Source: an uncultured Actinomycetes bacterium (lineage in GTDB: Bacteria > Actinomycetota > UBA4738 > HRBIN12). From it: a stretch of DNA of 64,000 nucleotides. Shown here piece by piece: positions 56,131 through 64,000 of this stretch. The translations under genes and the position numbers were made by a program. Position 1 is the first letter of the stretch. Every line of letters starts with the position of its first letter. The notes under the pieces are model-generated. The model worked only from the letters and a program-made list of their open reading frames with translations, was not told where the DNA came from and ran no database searches. The DNA lies in assembly GCA_963734275.1 (NCBI GenBank), contig CAVTGO010000013.1:487708-551707 (forward strand). The letters are read 5' to 3'.

Positions 56131-57243
56131 TTACAGCCGCGGCGAACGCTTCGGCTTGCGCTTGCCCTTCACGCACGTGCGGTACTTGCGCGTGCCGCGC
56201 AGTGTGTCGCCCTTGGTCGTGAGGATCACGATCCGGACGAAGAAGGTGCCCTTCGGCAGACCGCGCAGATCGACCTTGGCGGTGGTGCGGAGCTTGTTGA
56301 AGAGCTTCCGCTTGAGGGTTCGGACCCGCTTGCCGTTGACGAACACGAGCGCCGTCTGGATCTGGATGCCGCCCGGCTGTCGAAGCCTGATCCGGAACTT
56401 GCGCCGGCTCACGCACTTCTTGTTCGAGGGCAGCCCGACGACCGCCCCGAAGCCCGGCTTGTTGACGATCGTGCCGCCGCTGATGGTTCCCTCGGCGAAC
56501 AACGTCTCTGGCGCGGGCGGAACGCTCGAGTCGCGCTCCGCGACCTTGAGCGCGCTCCCCGGCGGCGGCTCCTGGAAGGAGTTGTGGGTCGGGCAGCAGT
56601 TGATGTCGTCGCTGGTCCCGATTCCGTTGACCGAATCCTGAAACCCGAGCGCCCGACCCTCAGGGGTGAGGCTGAACGGCGCCCGGACCTGCTTGCCGCC
56701 GATCCCGATCGGCACGAACTGGTAGTAGGGGTCGGTGGGGTCGTCGCCCTGAAGGTCTCCAGCGAGCGCGAAGATCCCGCCGCCCTGGTTGAAGAAGGCT
56801 GCGATGTCGGCCTTGCGCGCGGTCAGCGCGGCGGAATCGGCGGTGCTGCCGCCAAGGTTTATCGCGTCGCCACCGGAGCCCACGACCATCGCGCTGTAAT
56901 TGGCGGTCGTCAGGCGGAGCGCATTGAACGCCGCGATGTTCGCGCTCGGGCAAACCACCTCGTGCAGGCCGCCCACGCTCGCGGCCACGAGCGCCCTTGC
57001 GACGTTGCCGCCCGACGAGCAGTCGAGCACCAGCATCTTGCGCGATGGCGTGGGCGCACCGCCGCGGACGTAATTGACGGCGACCTGGATGAAACGGCAC
57101 TGGCCAAGCCCGTCGAACCCGGAGCAGTGGCTGTCGGCGTCGTGACCGGTCGCGATCAGGCGGCCGGCAGAGGCCGACGAGGGCAGCGCAAGCGCGACGA
57201 CTGCTGCCGCCAAAGCCAACCCCGTTGCAAACGACCTACGCAT
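56131..57243 (-). CDS. secreted protein of unknown function with a basic C-terminal Ig-like module
   Basis: ATG 57243 lies in ORF 56131..57813. Signal peptide 'ATGLALAAAVVALALPSSASA'. C-terminus 'KFRIRLRQPGG...VFVNGKRVRTL...VDLRGLPKGTFFVRIV...RKYRTC'. Confidence 0.6.
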   Translation of the reverse strand: MRRSFATGLALAAAVVALALPSSASAGRLIATGHDADSHCSGFDGLGQCRFIQVAVNYVRGGAPTPSRKMLVLDCSSGGNVARALVAASVGGLHEVVCPSANIAAFNALRLTTANYSAMVVGSGGDAINLGGSTADSAALTARKADIAAFFNQGGGIFALAGDLQGDDPTDPYYQFVPIGIGGKQVRAPFSLTPEGRALGFQDSVNGIGTSDDINCCPTHNSFQEPPPGSALKVAERDSSVPPAPETLFAEGTISGGTIVNKPGFGAVVGLPSNKKCVSRRKFRIRLRQPGGIQIQTALVFVNGKRVRTLKRKLFNKLRTTAKVDLRGLPKGTFFVRIVILTTKGDTLRGTRKYRTCVKGKRKPKRSPRL

Positions 57244-57316
57244 CCCCTCCCGTCGAGCGTAGGCGCGGCGACTTCGTGCGGTCAACTGAAATTTCGGAAG
57301 CCGTAGCATCCCGCCG

Positions 57317-58821
57317 ATGCCCGGCTCGACCTTCAACTTCACGGTCGACGTGCTCGAGCGCCTGGCGCGCGAGCGCGGTCCGGATGAAGCGCTGCGCGCG
57401 ATCGACGCGCACGGGTCGGTGCAGAGCTTCTCCTTCACGGAGGTGGCGGAGCGGGCCGCGCGCGTGTCCGGCGGACTGGCGGCCCTCGGCGTCGGACGGG
57501 ACGACGTGGTCGCGACGATGATGGGGGCTCGGCCCGAGTGGGTGTTCACGCTGCTCGGCGCGTGGCGGCTCGGCGCCGTCGTGCTGCCGTTCTCCGAGCA
57601 GCTTCGCACGAAGGACCTCGCGATGAGGCTCCGTGAGGCACCGACGCGTGTGGTGCTCGCCGCCGGTCGCAACATGGAGGCGCTCGCCGCAGCGATCGAG
57701 TTCGTGGAGGAGAAACCGGCGCTGCGAGACGTCGATGGCGGCGAGCTTCCGGACGGCGAGCCGGCCGAGCCGGCCGCGACCGACCTCGAGGACCCGGCGC
57801 TCGTGATCTTCACCTCCGGAACCGCGGCCGTGGCACGGGGCGTGGTTCACCTCCAGCGCTACCTGCGCGGGCAGGCCACCCAGGCGGAGCACTGGTATGG
57901 GCCGAATCCGGGCGAGCTCGCCTGGTGCACCGCCGCCAGTGGGTGGTCCAAGTCGGCTCGCAACGCGTTCGTCGCTCCCTGGATCAGGGGCGCCGCGTGC
58001 CTGCTGTCGGAAGGGCGCTTCGATGCGGACGCCCGCATGGCGATCCTGGCCGAGCATCGGGTGAATGTGCTGTGCCAATCGCCCACCGAGTACCGGATGA
58101 TCGCCGCCGGCACATCGCTCGAGGCGTACGAGCTGCCGGCGCTGCGGCGTCTCGTATCGGCCGGCGAGCCTCTCAACCCCGAGGTGATCGATGTCTTCGA
58201 CCTGGCGTTCGGCCTCTCGATCCACGACGGATACGGGCAAACCGAGACCGGCCAGCTCACGGGCATGCCGGTCGGCGAGCCGGTGCGCAGGGGGTCGATG
58301 GGGAAGCCGCTGCCGGGTTTCGGGCTAGAGGTGGTGGACGAGCAGGGCGTCGCGGCCGACGATGGCGAGCTGGCGCTGGACCCCGCGACCGTGCCCACGT
58401 TCTTTCGCGGCTATCTGGGCCGGGAGCCGTTCGCCGAGAAGATCTGGCGTACGGGCGATCGCGTCCGCCGTGACGAGGACGGCTTTCTCTGGTTCGAAGG
58501 CCGCCTCGACGACGTGATCCTGTCGGCGGATACCGGATCGGGCCGTTCGAGGTCGAGTCGGCACTCGTGGAGCACGCAGCCGTCGCGGAGGCGGCCGCCG
58601 TCGGCTACCCCGACTTCCGGCGCGGGTCGGTGGTGCGGGCGGTCGTGGTCCTGCGCGAGGGGTTCCGGCCCTCAGCCGAGCTTGCGGCGGAGCTTCAGGA
58701 CCACGTGAAGACCGTCACGGCCCCCTACAAGTACCCACGTATCGTCGAGTTCCGCAACGAGCTTCCGAAGACGTCCAGCGGCAAGATCAAGCGCGCGGAG
58801 CTGCGCGCGGCCTGGAGCTGA
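57317..58821 (+). pseudogene. AMP-forming acyl-CoA synthetase, single frame switch near 58524
   Basis: ORF 57317..58708 ('LVIFTSGTAAVARG','YGQTETG','[25 protein letters not shown]') continues in ORF 58567..58821 ('...[13 protein letters not shown]...[10 protein letters not shown]'). Adding one base restores '[18 protein letters not shown]'. Confidence 0.8.
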
Positions 58822-58852
58822 GGAGAGCAGCGCGTCGCTAGCATGGCGCCGG

Positions 58853-59483
58853 ATGGGCATCCTGACGATGCACGCCGAGATGCACCGCGAAGTATTCGCG
58901 CTGCCGGGCATGCTGGAGGAGCCGTTCTTGCAGATCGGCTACCAGATCATCGCGGGCAAGAACCCGCCTCCAGACTTCGACTATCCCGACTTCAAGCAGT
59001 TCCTCAAGGCGCGCGGCGTCAGGGACATAACGGCAATCGACTACTTCGACCCCAAGGCCGATCTGCGCTATGACCTCAACCTGCCGGTCCCGGAGCACGA
59101 GCACGAGCACTACCAGACGGTCATCGACATCGGCACGATCGAGCACCTGTTCGACACGCGCCAGTGCCTCGAGAACTGCATGCGGATGGTGCGGGCGGGC
59201 ATTACTTCTTCCACACACCCGTCAACGGCTATGTGGTCACGGTCTTCACACGTTCGATCCGTGGGTCATGACACGCGCGATCGCGATAAACGACTTCGAG
59301 ATCGTGTATCAGCAGTTCACCGACGCACGCGGTGGGAAGATCGACCATCCAAAGGAGGCTCAACACGCGCTCGTCTGGCTCGTGGGAAGGAAGACCGCCT
59401 CGATGGGTGAGTTCCGGATCCCGCAGCAGGAGCTGTGGGACGACGCTTACCGAGCCGAGCAGAAAGCGTCGGCCGAGGGCTGA
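58853..59483 (+). pseudogene. class-I-methyltransferase-like protein, two frame switches (~59197, ~59235)
   Basis: ORF 58853.. ('YQTVIDIGTIEHLFDTRQCLENCMRMVRAG'), then 'HYFFHTPVNGYV' in a third frame, then ORF 59070..59483 ('HGLHTFDPWVMTRAIAINDFEIVYQQF...'). Visibly lower GC. Confidence 0.5.
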
Positions 59484-59493
59484 GCCCGGGACG

Positions 59494-60240
59494 TCACCGC
59501 TTGATGCGCTTGCAGGCAATCACGTCTTGGTGGGCCATCCAGCCTCGCTCGGTATAGCCGACCAGCCGCAGGTCGGAATGCTCCTCGATGTGCCGGGTTA
59601 TCCACGAGGGCGATGCCAGCGACATGCCGGACATCGTCTGCCCGGGGTAGTCGGCGTACGCGAAGCCATCTCGGTCGAACTGCTCCAGCATCCCCGGAAT
59701 CTGCTCGTCCGTCATCTCGTAGGTGAAGCTCCTTTGCCGCAGGCGCTCCGCCGACCATCGTCCGAAGGCCGTGAAGACGAGCACTCCTCCGGGGGCGATG
59801 CTGCGCTCGTACAACGCGAAGAAGTCCCTCCACCGGCGGACATCGAAATGGGTGAGGAGAGACCCGGACCAGACGAGGTCGAACGTGTCATCGAGCGGGA
59901 CGTCGTCTGCCTCCAGCGCGGAATAGACGGGCTGGGCACCGAAGACGCGCGCGCAGAAGTCGACGCCCGCACGATTCAGATCGCACGCCGTCAAAGCTGC
60001 CTCGGGAAACGCCGCCTTCAGGACGCGAAGCACGCGGCCGTGCCCTGAGGGCATGTCCAGGATGCGGTTGAACGTGCCGGCGCCGGCAGTCAGCTGAGCG
60101 AGCCGGATTGCCTGCAGTGCCGACAAGCCGGCTGCGAAGTAGGCCTCGTCCCGGCCGTCCCAGTACATCTCGTCTTCGGGCGAGATCTCTTTGACGACGC
60201 CGTCGGGGACTTGCTTGATCGCCTCTTGAAAGGTCTGCAT
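59494..60240 (-). CDS. class I SAM-dependent methyltransferase
   Basis: ORF 59494..60240. 'ILDMPSGHGRVLRVL' (motif I), 'FDLVWSGSLLTHF' and 'PGGVLVFT'. Confidence 0.8.
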   Translation of the reverse strand: MQTFQEAIKQVPDGVVKEISPEDEMYWDGRDEAYFAAGLSALQAIRLAQLTAGAGTFNRILDMPSGHGRVLRVLKAAFPEAALTACDLNRAGVDFCARVFGAQPVYSALEADDVPLDDTFDLVWSGSLLTHFDVRRWRDFFALYERSIAPGGVLVFTAFGRWSAERLRQRSFTYEMTDEQIPGMLEQFDRDGFAYADYPGQTMSGMSLASPSWITRHIEEHSDLRLVGYTERGWMAHQDVIACKRIKR

Positions 60241-60287
60241 CGGCGTGAATCGTACTCACCGGATCCGCGGCCGCTACGCTCTCCCTC

Positions 60288-61682
60288 GTGACGATCGAAC
60301 ACCCTCCTTCGGTCGCCGCGGCGCCTGAGATCGATCGCCGTCGCGTCGCGCAGCTGATCGACGAGCAGCGCACGCTGCTCGCTGAGCGCACTCCGCGCTC
60401 GGGCGAGTACTTCGATCGCGCCCGGCGCGTGATGCCGAAGGGCGTGCCCTCCTCCTTCCAGGAGAACGACCCGTGGCCGGTCTACATCGAGCGCGGCACC
60501 GGCGCACAGGTCTGGGACGTGGACGGCAACGAGTACATCGACTTCCACAACGGCTTCGGCGTGATGTGCGTCGGCCACGCGAACCCGCGTGATCGCGGAC
60601 GCGGTCAAGCGGCGCGTCGATCAGGGCACCCACTTCGCCGCCCCGACCGAGGGCTCGATCGGCGTCGCCGAGGAGCTGCACGCGCCGCTTCGGCCTGCCG
60701 CAATGGCGCTTCACCAACTCCGGGCACCGAGTCCACGATGGACGCGATCCACGTCGCGCGCGGCGCCACCGGGCGCGACATGATCCTCAAGATCGAGGGG
60801 TCCTACCACGGTCACCACGACGCCGTGATGGTCTCGGTCTATCCCCCACTCGAGGAGCTCGGCGACCGCGATGACCCGCGTCAGCGTCCCGTACGGCGCG
60901 GGCTATCCGAAGGCGATCACCGACCTGACGCGGTCGGTGCCGTTCAACGATGCGCAGGCGCTGGCGCGAGTCCTCGAACGGCTCGAGGGCCAGGTCGCCG
61001 CGCTGATCATGGAGCCGGCGATGATGAACATCAACATCATCCCGCCGGTGCGACGGCTACCTGGAGGACGTACGCCGGCTGACCGCCGAGCACGGCGTCG
61101 ATGCTGGTGTTCGACGAGGTCAAGACCGGCGCGACGATCTCTCCGGGCGGCGCGACCGCAGCGCTTCGGCGTGACAGCCGGACATGATCACGCTCGCGAA
61201 GGCCACCTGCGGCGGCCTGCCCGGCGGCGCGATCGGGATGACGGAGGAGCTGGCCGCGCGTGGTCGCCGACGGCACCGTGCACCAGTACGGCACGTTCAA
61301 CGGCAACCCCCTCGTGATGGCGGCCGCCGCAGGCGACCCTCACCGAGGTGCTCGTGCCCGAGGCATACGAGCAGCTCGAGCGCACGAACGAGCAGCTCCT
61401 GCGCCGGATGCGACGAGATCATCGAGCGTTACGGCCTTCCCTGCTACACAGAGGGCTCGGTGCGAAGGGTTGCGTGGTGTTCTCGTCGGAGCCGCTGCGC
61501 GAGTACCGGGACTACCTAACGAAGGTTGACGACGACCTCTCGACGCTGGCCTGGCTGGTAGCACATGAACCACGGCATCTTCATGACGCCCGGCGTCGAG
61601 GAGGAATGGACGCTGTCGCTGGCGCATACCGATGAAGCACGTGCAGCGCTACCTGGACGCCTTCGAGACGTTCGCCGGCTGA
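60288..61682 (+). pseudogene. class-III (GSA-aminomutase-like) PLP aminotransferase, at least 8 frame switches
   Basis: Family segments are scattered over all three frames: 'VWDVDGNEYIDFHNGFGVMCVGHANP','IADAVKRRVDQGTHFAAPTE','[33 protein letters not shown]','ALIMEPAMMN','VFDEVKTG','ITLAKATCGGLPGGAIGM','HQYGTFNGNPL','[21 protein letters not shown]'. Stop at 61680-61682. Confidence 0.8.
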
Positions 61683-61707
61683 CTCAACGGGTAATTCGCC
61701 TGGCGAG

Positions 61708-63708
<2,001 letters not shown>

Positions 63709-63710
63709 AG

Positions 63711-64000
63711 ATGCTGAGAGGACTCGCCCGTGAGGCGATGCAGCAGAGGTTCGCCTCGCTTCACGAGTCCGAGTCGGTCGAAGCGGCGCTCGACAAGCTC
63801 GATAAGACCGCGGGCGGGCAGGGATACGTGATCGGCGACGGCAACCGGTGGATCGGCGTTGTCCGCCGCGAGGAGGTCGCGGCAGCCGGGGACGGAGTCC
63901 CGATCGGCGCCCTTGCGTCGCCTGAGGGATCGATCCCGCCGAGCGAACCGCTGGCGGCCGCACTGAAAACGATGGCGACGCGCCGCCTCAGAGGGCTTCC
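63711..64000 (+). CDS. possible CBS-domain protein (5' part, runs off the window)
   Basis: ATG 63711, 2 nt after the upstream stop. Frame open to the window end. 'LAREAMQQRFASLHESESVEAALDKL...GYVIGDGNRWIGVVRREEV' is CBS-domain-like. Confidence 0.4.
   Translation, partial: MLRGLAREAMQQRFASLHESESVEAALDKLDKTAGGQGYVIGDGNRWIGVVRREEVAAAGDGVPIGALASPEGSIPPSEPLAAALKTMATRRLRGL

Overview
High-GC (about 70% by eye, not computed) actinobacterial-type chromosomal segment. Gene content and some C-terminal protein motifs suggest a Thermoleophilia/Rubrobacteria-like organism, but that is inference only. I support about 68 protein-coding loci. I saw no rRNA, tRNA, CRISPR array, transposase, integrase or phage genes. 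Content in order: (1) an ECF sigma/anti-sigma module with two lipoproteins; (2) a cbs-DUF429-metB reverse-transsulfuration operon; (3) a convergent REC-GGDEF / REC-EAL pair, with an HD-GYP gene further on; (4) a truncated hutU; (5) HMG-CoA lyase, an SDR and a P450; (6) an F420 locus (npdG-cofD-cofC-cofE, then fbiC); (7) ppa, an aquaporin, ygfZ and plsC; (8) marR plus an MFS transporter; (9) acyl-CoA carbon-metabolism genes (ccr, acyl-CoA mutase, MaoC, ACAD, Mcl-like lyase, SucCD-like ligase); (10) clpS, moaA and pckG; (11) cell-wall hydrolases and several secreted or membrane proteins of unknown function. The most notable pattern is that reading-frame disruptions are strongly clustered. cofD, cofC, cofE, an FG-GAP repeat remnant, a small cupredoxin lipoprotein, the MFS gene and a class-III aminotransferase are heavily broken. 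In contrast, about 20 kb (38.2-58.5 kb) and fbiC are fully intact. Other points worth checking: a junction where convergent hutU and a membrane-protein gene are both cut off; a ~400 bp lower-GC non-coding stretch with repeat and palindrome structure upstream of marR; and a translationally coupled SucC-like/SucD-like/4-Cys mini-protein operon near the Mcl-like lyase. All family calls come from reading the supplied translations for motifs. No database search was run.
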